From contig JAHRHZ010000069.1 in NCBI GenBank assembly GCA_024137785.1, positions 14,519,235-14,583,234 on the forward strand: DNA of 64,000 bases, in the 5' to 3' direction. The notes beneath the pieces are model-generated. The model did no database searches and was not told where the DNA came from. It saw nothing but the letters and a program-made list of their open reading frames with translations. This DNA comes from Ginglymostoma cirratum. Taxonomy: Eukaryota. Every line of letters begins with the position of its first letter. The first letter of the stretch is position 1. Shown here piece after piece: positions 26,627 through 39,737 of this stretch. The position numbers were made by a program, and so were the translations under genes.

Positions 26627-27965
26627 TTATAGAATCATGTGGTAATACAGCACGGAAACAGACCCTTCAGTTAACCAGTACATGCCAACCATAAACCCAA
26701 GTAAACTAGACCCACTTGCCTGCGCTTGGCCCATATCCTCCAAACATTTCTTATTCATGTTTTCATCCAAAGGTCTTTTAAACATTGTAACTACACCAGT
26801 ATCTACCACTTCCTCTGGCAGTTTAAGCCACATAGGAGCACTCTCTGTGTAAAAAAATTGCCCTCGTGTCTTTTTTAAATCTTTCTCCTCTCAATTGAAA
26901 AATGTGCCCCTTAGTCTTGAAATACCATACCCGAGGGAAAAGGCACCTGCCACTCACCCTTTCTATACCCCTCATGATTTTAAAAACTTCCATAGATCAC
27001 ACCTCAACCTCCTAAGTTCTTGTGAGAAAAGTCCCAGCCTATCCAGCCTCTCTTTAAAACTCAAAGTATCCAGTCCCAGCAACATCCTGGTCAATCTTTT
27101 CTGAACCGTCTCCAGTTTAATAGTATCCTTCCTATAACAGGGTGACAAGAACGATATACAGTACTCCAAAAGGGGCTTCACCAATGTCTCGGACTACCTC
27201 AACATGATGTTCCTACAATCAAAAACCTGAGCAACGAAGCCAAGCATGCTAAATGCCTTCTTAACCATACTACCTTCATGTGATGCAGAGTTCAAAAGAA
27301 TTATATTCCTGTATCCCTAGGTCTACAACAATACCTAAGGCCCAAATTTTAAATTGTATAAATCCTGCCCTTGTTTGTTTCACCAAAATGTAACACCTTG
27401 CATTTAACCAATTTAAACTTCACCTTCCACTCCTCAGCCCATTGACCCAACTGATCAAGATCTCTTTGTAATATTAGATAACTTTCTTCACTCTCCACTA
27501 TTCCATCAATTTTGGTGTCATCAACAAACTTACTAACCATGCCTTCTATATTCTCATCCAAATCATTTATATAAATGACAAACAAAGTGGACCCAGCGCC
27601 GACCCCTGTGGAACATCGCTGGCCATAGGCTTCCACAACCACTCTATGCCTATTTTGCATCCAATTGGCAAATTCACCCTGAACCCCAGGTGTTCTAACT
27701 TTACTAAGAAGCCTACAACGCGGAAACTTGTCAAAGACTTTACCAAAAACCAACTAAGCGATGTCTACTGCTCTGGCCTCATCTGCTTGGTTACTTCCTC
27801 AAAAAACTCAATTAAGTTTGTGAAAGATGATTTCCCTTCACAGAAACATGCTGACTATCCCTAATCCCTAATCATTGCCTCTCCAAATGCGTATAAAGCC
27901 TATTTTTCAGAATCACCTTAAACAACTTACCCATCACCAAAGACAGACTCCCAGATCTATAGTTC
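26627..27965 (-). mobile_element. CR1 (HER1-like) LINE, RT and 3' end, decayed
   Basis: KVFDKFP, LFVIYINDLDENIEGMVSKFVDDTKI, VKPLLEYC...KLETVQKRLTRML. Confidence 0.88.
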
Positions 27966-27967
27966 CG

Positions 27968-28700
27968 AGTCAAGAGAGGCGGTGGTGAGTAATGGCCGAG
28001 TGTCGTAAGGCTACACGTGACATGATGATATTGCCAAGAGGCAGCATGTCAATCAGAAAAAGAACAGAAACCAAAAGAACTGCGGATGCTGTAAATCAGG
28101 AACAAAAACAAAGTTGCTGGAAAAGCTCAGCAGGTCTGGCAGCATCTGTGGAAGAGAAAACAGAGTTAACACTTCGGGTCCGGTGACCCTTCCTCAGAAA
28201 AAGAATAGATCCTCAGGGACACCAGAGGTGACATTGTGAGACTTGGAAAGAAAGCTATTGTAGCTACCCTGGATACATGCAGACTGACTGGTATAATACC
28301 AGGTGAGAGCATTCCCACCCATCCAGGATAATGGTGTCATCAACCATATCAAAAGCTGCAGAAAGATTGTGAAGGTAATGAGGAAAAGTTTAACTTTGTC
28401 ATTGCAAACTATTGTCTCTCAAGGTGGAAGTCTGGCAAAGTTTGAAGCCACCATCACATATAATGTCTTTTGTGATTGTCACAAGAGCTGATTTGGTTCT
28501 GTAGCAGCATGGAAACCTGATTGGAGGATTTCAAATAAGGAGTTGCAGGAAAGATGCACACAGATCTGGGAGGCAACAACATCTTCAAAGACATTGGAGA
28601 GGCAAGGGAGGTTAGAGATGGAGCAGTGATTTGTAAGAATGTTGGATCAAAGATTGGCCTTTGAGGAGATGAGTTGTGACTGCTGTGGAATGTTGTACAT
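27968..28700 (-). mobile_element. L2-clade LINE RT remnant (continues at about 26520-26625)
   Basis: The minus strand has NHCSISNLPCLSNVFE (cf. NYRPISNLPFLSK). The far side of the CR1 has LSDIQYWLSRNF. Confidence 0.6.
28065..28199 (-). mobile_element. Short Penelope-type insert with hammerhead-like core
   Basis: actgcggatgctg...ctggaaaagctcagcaggtctggcagcatctgtgga repeat. The minus strand reads CTGAGGA-A-GGGTC-ACCG-GACCC-GAAG. A 12-bp direct repeat TCAGAAAAAGAA lies at both ends. Confidence 0.7.
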
Positions 28701-28759
28701 ACATCTGCAAAGGGGTGTATCTAAACTACTTTCAGTCATTACCTACCCCAACATGCTCC

Positions 28760-30058
28760 CTGGTCCGGAGCCTTCCCAAAAGAGAAAACATCCTCTCTGT
28801 ATCTGCCCTATTGAGCTCCCTAAGAATCTAATATTCATATATGAAGTTGCCACTCATTCTTCTAAGCTCCAAAGAGAATAGGCCTAACCTATTCAAGCTC
28901 CCCTCATAACAAAGGCCTTCCATATTCAGGATTAACATAGTGATTCTTTTCTGCACTGACTCCAATGCCAGTACATCTTTTCTTACATAAGGTGACTAAA
29001 ACTGTTTGCAGAATTCAAGTTGTGGTGTAACTAGTGCCGTATGTAGTTTTATCAAGACTTGCCTAATTTTATCTTCCATTCCTTTTGAAATAAAGGTAAA
29101 TGTTTTGTTTGCCTTTCCTATTATCTGTTGGACTTGGATGCTAGATTTTTGTGATTCATGCATGAGAACCCCCAAACCCCAGTGTGTTGCAGCTTTTTCC
29201 AGTTTCTCTCAATTTAAACGATATTCAGCTCCATTATTCTTCCTGCTAAAGTACATGACCTCACATATTCCCACATTATATTGCATTTGCCAAATTTTTG
29301 TCCACTCATTTAATCATTTAATATGTCTATTTCCCTCTCTAGACTCTTTGCGTTATCATCATCACCCGTCCTCCCGCCTATTTTCTGTCATCCCCAAATT
29401 TGGCAACATTGCATTCCCTTCCCTCTTCAAAATCGTCAATACTGATTGTAAAAAAATGTGGCCACTGATCCCTTGGCACCCCAATACTTGCAGGTTGTCA
29501 CTCTGAAATAGTTCCCCTTATCCCAACTCTCTGTATTCCATTAGTTAGCTAATCCTTTATCCATTCTAATATACTACTCGCAACACCATGAACTCATTAT
29601 TTTAATTAGCCTTAAGCCCAGTACCTTACCAATAACTATGAGAAATCCAAACATTTTACATCCACTGAGTCTTTATTGTCTATCCTGCTTGTTCACTCAA
29701 TGAATTCTCATGAATTTGCCAGGTATGACTCCCCTTCATGAAGCCATGGTTCATCATACTATGCATTTCTAAATGTTGTGCTGTTACGTCTTTCATTAAA
29801 GACTCCTAACATTTTCCCAATGACAAATGTTACGTTAACTGGCCTTTATTTACTTTATTTTTCTGAAGAAGGGTCCAGACCCGAAACATCAGCCTTCCTG
29901 CTCCTCTGATGCTGCTTGGCCTGCTGTGTTCATCCAGCTCTACACCTTGTTATCTCTTTATTTACCTGTTTTTTTTGTCTCCCTACCTTTTTGAATAAGG
30001 GTGTTACATTGACAGTTTCCAATCCTCTGGGACTCTTCCAGAATCTAAGGATTCCTGT
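28760..30058 (-). mobile_element. Decayed CR1 LINE RT region
   Basis: Reverse-complement CR1 motifs: ccacattatttgcatttgccaaatttttgtccactc, gaagccatgg, ttccaatcctctgggactcttccagaatc. Confidence 0.75.
29854..29955 (+). mobile_element. Short Penelope-type insert with hammerhead-like core, nested in a CR1
   Basis: CTGAAGA-A-GGGTC-CA-GACCC-GAAACATC followed by gatgctgcttggcctgctgtgttcatccagc. 10-bp TSD CTTTATTTAC (29844-29853, 29956-29965). Confidence 0.75.
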
Positions 30059-30887
30059 ATGATTACAAGAACATTGCAATGATGTCAAATAGTTTGCACT
30101 CATTTACTGCCTCTGTTATCCTAAAAATACCTCATAGACACAGTCAATATTTAGATTGCCGGTTTATCATCATCAGTGCTGATATCTCAATGCTAAAAGA
30201 TAAAGGAGATGCAGTCATTCAGCTTAAACATTAAAATAAAGCTCCAACGTTCATGTTTAGGTGTAAATAAAAGATCTCATTTGACCCCAAAAGTATTGTC
30301 TATGACTGTAAGACATTTTTAGAATAAGACAGATGGTGTCTGAATTAGCTCGACAAAGGTGTAAGAACATGAGCATATTGCTGATCTTTGGTGGGACTGG
30401 TCTTCATTGAATCATGAAATTTGTGTTATCACCTTCAGGGGAATGTTGCAGTGCATTTTCCTAAGTTGTAATTACGTTGTTTGATCTTTGTTTTTTGAGT
30501 GATTGGCAGGTGGGTTGGCATTGAGATAAAGTGGTGGTCATGGAATGCCTAGATTACACTGTGTCACTATAGGGCAGGTCTGGTGAAGCAGCTACTCTTC
30601 CTATCTGCAGTTTATCACGTATTTATAAAAACTGATGGTTCTTATTACTTTCAGTAACTATAAAAATCTCAATGTTACATTATAAATTATGCTTAGCAGA
30701 CCCAGACTTACTATAGCATAATCCTTTCCCTGTTGTTCCACCCCATTGATTGAACACAATTTTTAGAATTGTTGCAGGAGATGGGAGTTACTGGATTGTC
30801 TATTTCCTAAATAACATTCTTTGTATAAGACAATGCCACACATTGCATAATTTAAACATGGACAATGAATCATTCAGTCTATTCCAT

Positions 30888-31440
30888 ACATAGAACATAG
30901 AACAATACAGCGCAGAACAGGCCCTTCGGCCCTCAATATTGCGCCGACCTGTGAACTAATCTAAGCCCATCCCCCTACACTATCCCATCATCATACATAT
31001 GCTTATCCAAGGACTGTTTAAATGCCCCTAATGTGGCTGAGTTAACTACACTGGCAGGCAGGGCATTCCACGCCCTTACCACTCTCTGAGTAAAGAACCT
31101 GCCTCTGACATCTGTCTTAAATCTATCACCCCTCAATTTGCAGCTATGCCCCCTCGTACTAGCCGATGTCATCATCCTAGGAAAAAGACTCTCACTGTCC
31201 ACCCTATCTAATCCTCTGATCATTTTGTATGTCTCTATTAAATCCCCTCTTAGCCTTCTTCTCTCCAATGAGAACAGACCCAAGTCCCTCAGCCTTTCCT
31301 CATAAGACCTTTGCTCCAGACCAGGCAACATCCTGGTAAATCTCCTCTGCACCTTTTCCAATGCTTCCACGTCCTTCCTGTAATGGGGCGACCAGAACTG
31401 TACGCAATATTCCAAGTGAGGCCGCACTAGCGTTTTGTAC
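30888..31440 (-). mobile_element. Young 5'-truncated CR1 LINE, intact ORF2 C-terminus and tail
   Basis: Uninterrupted YKTLVRPHLEYCVQFWSPHYRKDVEALEKVQRRFTRMLPGL...FFTQRVVRAWNALP, CpGs retained, (ctatgtt)n tail. Confidence 0.92.
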
Positions 31441-32029
31441 ATGAAGAAGGTTGTCTTAAGCCACTTATTGTTTTTAATTTGTGAGCTATCCATTCTTCTT
31501 CGTTATTAAGTAAACCATATTTACTCTTCTCCCGATTCACACCTTTAAGTTATCTGAATGGCTCACATTGCGCAGCCAAAATATTTGAGAGATTGTGTTA
31601 AGGAAAGAGAAAAACAAATTAAACTCAGCTCCAGTATTTGCATAATATTCTCTGCCAAATGCAACTGTTCTGCCCTGAGGTTGCCCTTTAGTCCATTTAC
31701 AATTCCAATTTCTTCATAAGGTAAATTCTTCCCTGACAGATGGTAGGAAACTAATCCAGCTTGTACTGAAATGTAGACTCGTTTTATTTAGGCTTTTCGC
31801 ACTGTAATCAACTATTGTCTTTTTCCCATCGAACAGATAAAGTTGTGTTCAAACCCAATGGAAATAAAAGTTTTCTGACGTGAAATGAAGTGAAAGTAAC
31901 TTTTGTAATGGAATGATGAAGAAAATGTCTCTCTAGTATTAATGTGAACATATAGCATTAAAACAAAGGGACTGGGTGAAATCTTAGAAAATGAAAATGT
32001 CAAACATCCATTGTCCTATCATCGTTATG

Positions 32030-32385
32030 GGGGAGCAATGGCCTAGTGGTATTATTGGTGGACTGTTAATCTAGAGACCCAAATAATGTTCTGGGGACTT
32101 GAGTTCGAATCCCACCATGGTGGATGGTGGAATTTGAATTCAATAAAATATCTGGAATTAAGAATCGAATGAGACCATGTACCCATTGTTAATTATCAGA
32201 GGAAAAACCCATCTGATTCACTAATGTCCTTTAGAGAAGGAAATCTGCCATCCTTACCTTGTCTAGCTGACATGTGACTCCAGACTCACAGCAATGTGGT
32301 TGATTCATAACTGCCCTCTAGGCAATTAGGGATGGGCAATAAATGCTGCCTAGCCAGTGACACCCTCATCCCGTTATGAATAAAG
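32030..32385 (+). mobile_element. tRNA-derived SINE with LINE-derived tail
   Basis: A-box tggcctagtgg, B-box gttcgaatcc, body gaaggaaatctgccatccttacc, tail ggcaattagggatgggcaataaatgctg...tgaataaa. Confidence 0.85.
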
Positions 32386-33359
32386 CAGAAAAGTAAAGGA
32401 GAAGCTTTAATAAGCCACTGCTATACTTCTCAGCCTGTTTTTTTCCCAATTATTTTGAGAGAGACAGCTCCTTGTTTGAGCCAAGATTTTTATCAATGAC
32501 AGAGCTGAAATATAAACAAACATGAGCAACAATCAAACTGTGCTATTCGGAGGCATCATTTGGTAGAGTACTAAAGAAATGCATAATTCAATGCCTTTCA
32601 ATTGTTGATACTGTTAAATGATGTGTTCCAAAGTATGTTATATAAATTCTGCTCTGTTGCCACAGTCGGTGGCAATGCACTAAAAGGGCCACTTCCACTC
32701 ATTTATCCTTTAGCCCTATCAGCATAACGTTCTATTTCTTTTTTACTCTTGTACTTACCTAGCTTTCCCCAAATGCAATAATTCTGGTCATCTCAACCAC
32801 TCCCTGTAGTAGTGAGTTCCATATTTTAGCCACTCTATATTCTCATGGATTCAATATTGATGAGACCACTCTTCCTATGTTCAGTATAATGAAAACAGAC
32901 TAACTGGTCATTTATCTCATTGCTGTTCATGGAAAATAGCTCCTGCTTTTGCTTCGTTTCAATATTAATCAATTGTACATGAAGTGCTTTGTAACATCTT
33001 TGAGAGATGTAATATGGCATTATGTGTAGGTTTTCCTTTTGATGATTAAACAAAAATATTCAAAAATGTTAGTTAGAATTGTAACTGCTCTGTTTATTGT
33101 TAATGATTTTGAATAACAATTACTCATTAGCTTCGGCCTCATTCAGCATTGCACTTTTATATCATTATCGAGTCTAGTTTGGTCGTTAGATCAAAGGGCA
33201 AATAAATATAATCACACATATAAATTGGTTAACCAACATAAACATGCCAAACAAGTTAATATATAAAACAGAAGAACTCATGAAACAACATGTTGACATT
33301 CTTCCTCAAATGTTTCGTGTAGAGCTAAAACTGGAATGAAATGTATTTAAGGCAAGATT

Positions 33360-33711
33360 TTTTTAAAAATTGTTCATGGAAAATGGGTATTATTGGCAAG
33401 GCCAATATTAATTGCCTATCTCTAACTTCCAAGTTGCTGGTTATGAATCAGCCACACTGATGTGGGTCAGGAATCATATATAAATCAGACCAAGTCAAGA
33501 TGGCAGATTTCATTCCTTAATGGACATCAGTGAAACACATGTATTTTTAAAACAATAATTACATGGTCACCATTGGGCTAGCTTTTTAATCCACACGTTT
33601 CTAGAATGCAAGTTTCACCATCTGGTTTGGAAGGATGTGAACCGCTATCCCTAAACCTTTCACTTTCAGGTTTATGCCCCTAACGATATGACCACGATAC
33701 CACAGCCTCCC
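33360..33711 (-). mobile_element. Older copy of the 32030 SINE (fragments also at about 5950-6050 and 61460-61600)
   Basis: Reverse-complement motifs gatggcagatttc, ggacatcagtgaa, attaattgcctatctct. Confidence 0.7.
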
Positions 33712-36700
33712 TGTAACTGTTATTAAGCAGATTGATTTGAAGGTCAAGTAGACAATGGAGTTAACATTCAAAACAGAAGTAGTGGCATTTTTAACAACAT
33801 ATATTCAGTTTGTACTGTCATAAAACATTTACAGAATGGGAACATTAAAGAAATTGAAGTGTTTTATTTTCAAAATATTTTTATTCAGGCATTGGGTAGT
33901 GAAATTAAAAAAATGCATGAAGCTAATATTACAAAGAAGTGGATCAGACCTGAATGCATAGATTATTGGGTCACTGTGATACCATTAATTGTGTGTAGGA
34001 AGAGGACTTCAAATTGTGAAAAGTATATATGTGCTTTTCAGTCAAATTATGCTCTGGCTGTTTTTAAAGGCTGCTTTTCTACACAATGGCAGGGAAAGTA
34101 CATTTTCTTTTAAATTGGAGTGTTAAATTGTGATGGGAGGAATGTGCTTGTAATCAAGCCTCACGACTGTGACAGTCACACCATCAGTGTAATTATTTTG
34201 ATTCAGTCACTAAATGGCCAATTGTTTCTTTTTTCTACTGTTGTCCAGAGTGAGACAGAATTCAAACAAACTTCTTTAATGAACTTGAAACAGTCTGTTG
34301 ATTATGAAACACAACTCAATTTTAAAAGCAAATGACCAAGCTGGTTAGCAACTAAGCTTTAATCCAAAATTAGAATTATATTCCGTTTTGATCCAGAAAC
34401 AGACACTGAAAAGACATGAGACAACAAAGTTTTTATTTACTAAAGGGCAGAACATAAACAGCTTTATTGGCCAGTAGTTTAAAAAACATAGGATATAATT
34501 TGATGAATTCACACTGGGTTTCTTGTTGATGAAAGTGAATTGTTAACAGCCATAAATCAATGGAAGATCTTCCAAACAAGGCTTTAGTTCAGATGGAATT
34601 CAAGCTGGATCCACATCTTCGGGTTGTGGTCATAATTCAGCTTTTCAGAGTTTATAAGGTATCCAAAATAATGAGGTATGGAATTTTATTAGACTCCGGA
34701 GAATTTCAATCAAGAGGGAGAGAGAGAAAGAGATAGTCTTAAAGCTGTACTCTGGCTTTGGAAGTTTTCTTCTTCTACAACTCCATAGTTTTGGGTAAAC
34801 CAAAACCAAAACCAACTCCATGAAAGACTTCTGGGCAACCACTAACACTGGAGCCCCTGTAGTCTCTTCTAAAGCTAAGGTTTCCAGCAATTAAGGGGAG
34901 TGATGCCATTTCTTTTTCTTTCTAAAACCTTTGCTGCCTATTTTGCCAAAGACATTTGACTTTCTGAAATCGGGGGTGGCTCACAGCCCATAAGATTATT
35001 AGCAGACCACATTTCCAAGAAACCATGTGGATTCTCTTTAAACACTAAGTAAAACTTCTTTTTAATTCAGGAAGTGTCCAAACAGCTCGATGGCTCTCAG
35101 CTTTTCACAAAATCTTTAAATATAGATATGTATTCCCATTAAGAGGGTAAGTCACCTTGTATTGGCCTCGCATGTTTTACATTTAGTTGTTTTTTAGCAA
35201 ATATCTGGCATGAGGATTCCTATGTTGTAAGTAGAGAAATAAAACCGAGCATGAAATAAAACAATTTAGGATGCGGTATGTTACCAAGACAGGAAGTTGC
35301 TGCCCGGGGGATTTGGAACTTCAGATGTTCAATTTCATACACCGTTGAATCTTTATAATGGCCTAGAAGCATGTGTGCGTGTTGCATTTCCACTGTCAAA
35401 ACAAGTGAGCGCTTAAAAGCAATAGAAGACATTTTAGAGTACAGCTTTTTGTGTACTTCAAATTATAAGAGTGAACAATATGTTACTTACACACACAAAA
35501 TGAAACATGATGATATAAAAGTAGCCATCATTTTGAGAATCAGTTAATTAATAATCTTTTCAACTCAGAATTATTGGCTAAAACCAAGGAGGAAACTTAA
35601 GTGAAACATTTATTCTCTTGTTCTTCTAAGCAAAGCAAGGGAACAAGATCCTGAATTTTTATTCTGCTCTTAACCCACCCTCCATCCCCTGTTTATTTTG
35701 GTTACCAACTTGTTTGTCTTGATCCAGCCAGAATTGTTAAACTATGGGTTTTTGCTTCTATTGAGCATCGTGAATAAATTACCCACAGCAATTGCCATCA
35801 TTAGCACTTGATGAGAGACTCAGCATTATTCAGTCTTAAGGAAAAGACAATGCTTAATAATGCTAGAAACTTTGAATGTTTTGGGACGTGAACATTAGAG
35901 TAAATCTGCAATTTGACTTCAGTTTGAGATCACTCAACATTGCTATAAACTGATATTCTTGACCAAAACACAACACAGACACACTGAATTTGGTCTAAAA
36001 GTGAAAATCAGAGTCCTGATAGGAATGATTGAAATGTCACTATGGAGCACCAGAATTAAACATTTTATTGAAATGTTTGATTATCAGAGGTACAGTGCTG
36101 AAAATCAACAGATACCTTGCAATGAATTTTAGAAGCCTGTTACTTAATTAAGAAATTCAGATTGCCTCACACTGTGATGCTTAACCTGTAACTAAAGGAT
36201 GAAAGGCTCCTTTCAGCTGAACAAGTAAGATTCTGTAGTCATTCCAAATTTTTTAGAAAAAATATTCATTGGAGGAAATCCACTCCCTCAGTGACTTGTG
36301 ACTTATTTCAACTTTTAAGATTGGATTATAATTTAAGTGAACTTGTGTTCCCTTCAGCAAAACATGCTTGTGAGGACTCTGTAAAGGTTGCCAAATGCAT
36401 GAAGTCAAAACAGAAATCCCACTGAATTCATCATCCTGTAATGTGCAGCGTGTTTCACCCTTGTCGGTCTTCTCAGAGCAAAACGCTAAAATGTTTGCAT
36501 TATAGTTTGTCTGGACAAAGTTACAGGACAGGAAGGAGGGGGTGGCTGGAATTTGAAATTCAGTGTGAAGGAAAACTATCCAGGCTCCAGAATGGACAGC
36601 CAACAGCTTCAGCCCATTGTGCATTCTTACTTCAGTTGCATTTCAGTCTTTCACAGACCTGATTCTAACTTGGATTGGGAAATGGGAGCAAAGGATTCGG

Positions 36701-37809
36701 TGAGTGAGGATTGAGGTGAGTACCAACAGCCCCCTATCCGTAGAGATTGTGCCCAGCAGGGCTAGTGATTTTAACTTATGGGTCTCAGCTGCATGCTAGA
36801 GGTCAGTGGCCCACCCAAATTGGCTGTGAGATGAGAGCTGGCCTGCAGACAGAAGGGTTAACCGAATTATCACTGGTGCTCCGATTCATCATGGGGAGGT
36901 TGTTTTCAGGAAGGGCTGCGGCGATTGAAACTTTGCCTCCAGGGCTCTTAGGAATACTCCTGGTTATCCAAGCTCCAGTACGGAATTTAAAAATATGCTT
37001 TTTTTAAAAAGGTAGTTGTTTGGCCTTTTCTGACTCTCATTTCACTTCCTGCCATTTTTACCTGTGGATATATTCACACTGATTTGCCATGTTGTCTCTC
37101 GTTAAAATCATAGTGAAGGCCTAATGGCTCTGACCTTCAGCTAAGAAAACACTCCATGGGTTCAGGTAGGCTTCTCTTGTACCTGCTGATTAGCAATATA
37201 CACAAGAAGCCAATGCCTGGCCCAATTACACTTTTTTCCCCAGTATCAGTTTGAAACATCCATTCTATCCTGAATACACTCCTGGACATAGTTTAGTTCA
37301 AACATATATGATAAGAATAGAAAATTAAGTGTGAAAAAGGAGAACTCAGAGACAATCAACAGATCCAAGAGAAGCAGGAGAGCTGGGGGGGAGGGGTTTC
37401 GTAGAATCTAGAGATTGATAGCAACAGACCAGCTGCAGTCTGAGAGAAATACAAGTGTTACCTCACAGGACCCAGATTAATGATTGTTCCGTAAATGTTT
37501 TGCTCATTTGACTTTTGCAGCTAATGCAATTCATTTGTAATTGGAAGGTTTTATTATTTGTAGTAAGGTGTACTGGCAGTAGTAAAGCTTGTTGACCTAT
37601 TTAGTAATTATAACTTAACCATGAAACAAATTTATTAACAAATAATGAAGATCAAAAGACAGGAGAATGTGGGATCTTCCGGGCACCAGTGTACTACCAA
37701 GGCAAGCATGTCCGCAACAAATATCTCTGCCGTGGGGAACTTTGACTCAAAGCTATTGAGATGAAGCTGAGATGTATCACATCAGGAAGGAGGAAACATT
37801 ACTGGGATT

Positions 37810-38145
37810 TTTTTTCTATTCGTTTGTGATTTGTGGGCGTCACTGGCTGGCCAGTATTTCTTGCCCATCCCTAGGTGCCCCTGAGAATGTGGTGGTGAGC
37901 TGCTTTCTTGAACCGCTGCAGTCCTTTTGCTGTGGGTTGACCCACAATGCTATTGGGGGGGGGAATTCCAGGATTTTTACCGAGTGACAGTGAAGGAAAG
38001 GCGATCTATTTCCAAGTCAGGATGGTGAGTGACTTGGAGGGGATCTTAGAGGTGGTGGTGTTCCCATATGTCTGATGCCCTTGTCCTTCTAGATGGAAGT
38101 GGATATGGGTTTGGAAGTTTCTTTCTGATGACCTTTGGTGAATTT
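37810..38145 (-). mobile_element. 3' end of the LINE that shares its tail with the 32030 SINE
   Basis: gtgggcgtcactggctggccagtatttcttgcccatccctag followed by LINE body ggtggtgagctgctttcttgaaccgctgcagtcc. Confidence 0.75.
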
Positions 38146-38199
38146 CATACCAGGATGCTTCATACCAGGAGATATGGCTAGAGTCTTCTGATTTGAACG

Positions 38200-39600
38200 G
38201 TGGTTACAGACAAGACTGACTGTCAGTGAGGAGGGTAAATGTATTATGAAGGTAGAAGTGGAGGGTATTCAGTCTTTGCAATTCTCCAATAGGTTTGATG
38301 TTCTTGAAACAAATATGGATGAAAGTGGGGTCTGCAAGGTGCCAATCAAGTAGGGAAGTAAAGGAGGATGCAGTCGGATGGGATGTTAAGAAGGAAAAAC
38401 AGTTCTCCATAGCCAAAAGTGAGCATCCAGAAAGGTGTATTACCTGTTCATGCTAGCACTTTGATCATCTGCTCTGGGATGAAAAGGAGTTTGCAGTGGG
38501 AAGGGAAGGCCTCAGTCGTCATTGTCCGGGTAGGTACAAACAACAAAAGTTAGAGTAGCAACTGGGACGGCTAAGAGTGTATGACAAGCGAGGGACTAAA
38601 TTTAAAAACTAAAATCTCAAACGTATTGATTTCTGGATTATTTTTACTCGAGCCACATGTGGATTTGCATTGTGTAACTATGATTGGAGAGTTAAATGTC
38701 TGGGTCAAAGATTGGTGTAATTGAAATGGGTTTCTATTCATAGGGCACTGGTACCAATGGTGGGAAAATTGGGAACTATACCACTTCACCTGAACCATGC
38801 TTAGGGCTGTGTCATGGTAAGTGTAGAGGGTTTTAAAGTATATAGTGTGAGCCACGGTATTGGAAGGGTGGGAGAAAAGTATCAGGTGTGGAAGATGGGA
38901 TAAATTAGAGCAAAAACAAGGCAGCAATGCTAATCAAAATCTGTCAGGGACAGATTCTAGAGAGAGTGAACTCACAGACAAGACCAGAGATTACAAAAAT
39001 AATTTTAAAAAGGCACAGATTTTCTGATGGCCATACAATCCATGATCAGTGTTGAGGTCTCAACTATTCACAAACTATTTATAGTTTTACTGACAGGACT
39101 GAATGTACAGTAGTTAAATTTGTTGGTGACACAAGTTAGTTAAGAAATTAAGTCTAATGAGGACATAAAGATAGAATAGAATAGAGTGGCAATTAATTGT
39201 CACTTGTATTTATGAAAATACAGTGGTGAGTATAATGTGGAGCCATTTTGATTACAAAAAGAAATACCTGAGATAAAGTTAGGATAAAGTCCATCTTTAG
39301 TTCCCTCCATGGCTCCTGGATTTATGGAGTGACTGTGGGATGCAGCTGCTGCAGCCGCCCCAAGGCCCCTCAAGCAAGGATTTCCGGACCAGACCCACCA
39401 CTCTGATGATGAGAGTATGGAAATCTCTTCTCCAAAGAGCTTTGGATGTTGGCTCATGAATATTTTAAAGGTAGAGGTAGAATGATTTTGGACTAATAGG
39501 GGAGTCAAACGTGATAGGAGTACGCAGGGAAGTGGAGCTGAGCCCACGGTAAGATCTTATTGAGTAGCAGAGCAGGCTTGAGGGGTCGGATGGCCTCTTC
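38200..39600 (+). mobile_element. Heavily deleted CR1 remnant (ORF1 esterase region, RT fragment, tail)
   Basis: ctccaataggtttgatgttctt, gtaggtacaaacaac, gatttctggatta (ORF1 SGNH-like), aaatttgttggtgacac (KF.DD-like), tail gagcaggcttgaggggtcggatggcct. Confidence 0.6.
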
Positions 39601-39737
39601 CGTCTTTAAAGCGTGGTTTGTGTCAATTGTCAACATTATCCACTTTCGCCTTGGGATGTAATAATATTAAAAATGGTATTTGTGTTTCAGTAATACGTGT
39701 GCTTTGGGATTATATGACAGAAATTTCACGAATCTGT

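Noticed and set aside
32030-32115. tRNA gene candidates (also 47667, 19051, 46695)
   Set aside because: A/B boxes continue into SINE bodies and tails; no intact cloverleaf.
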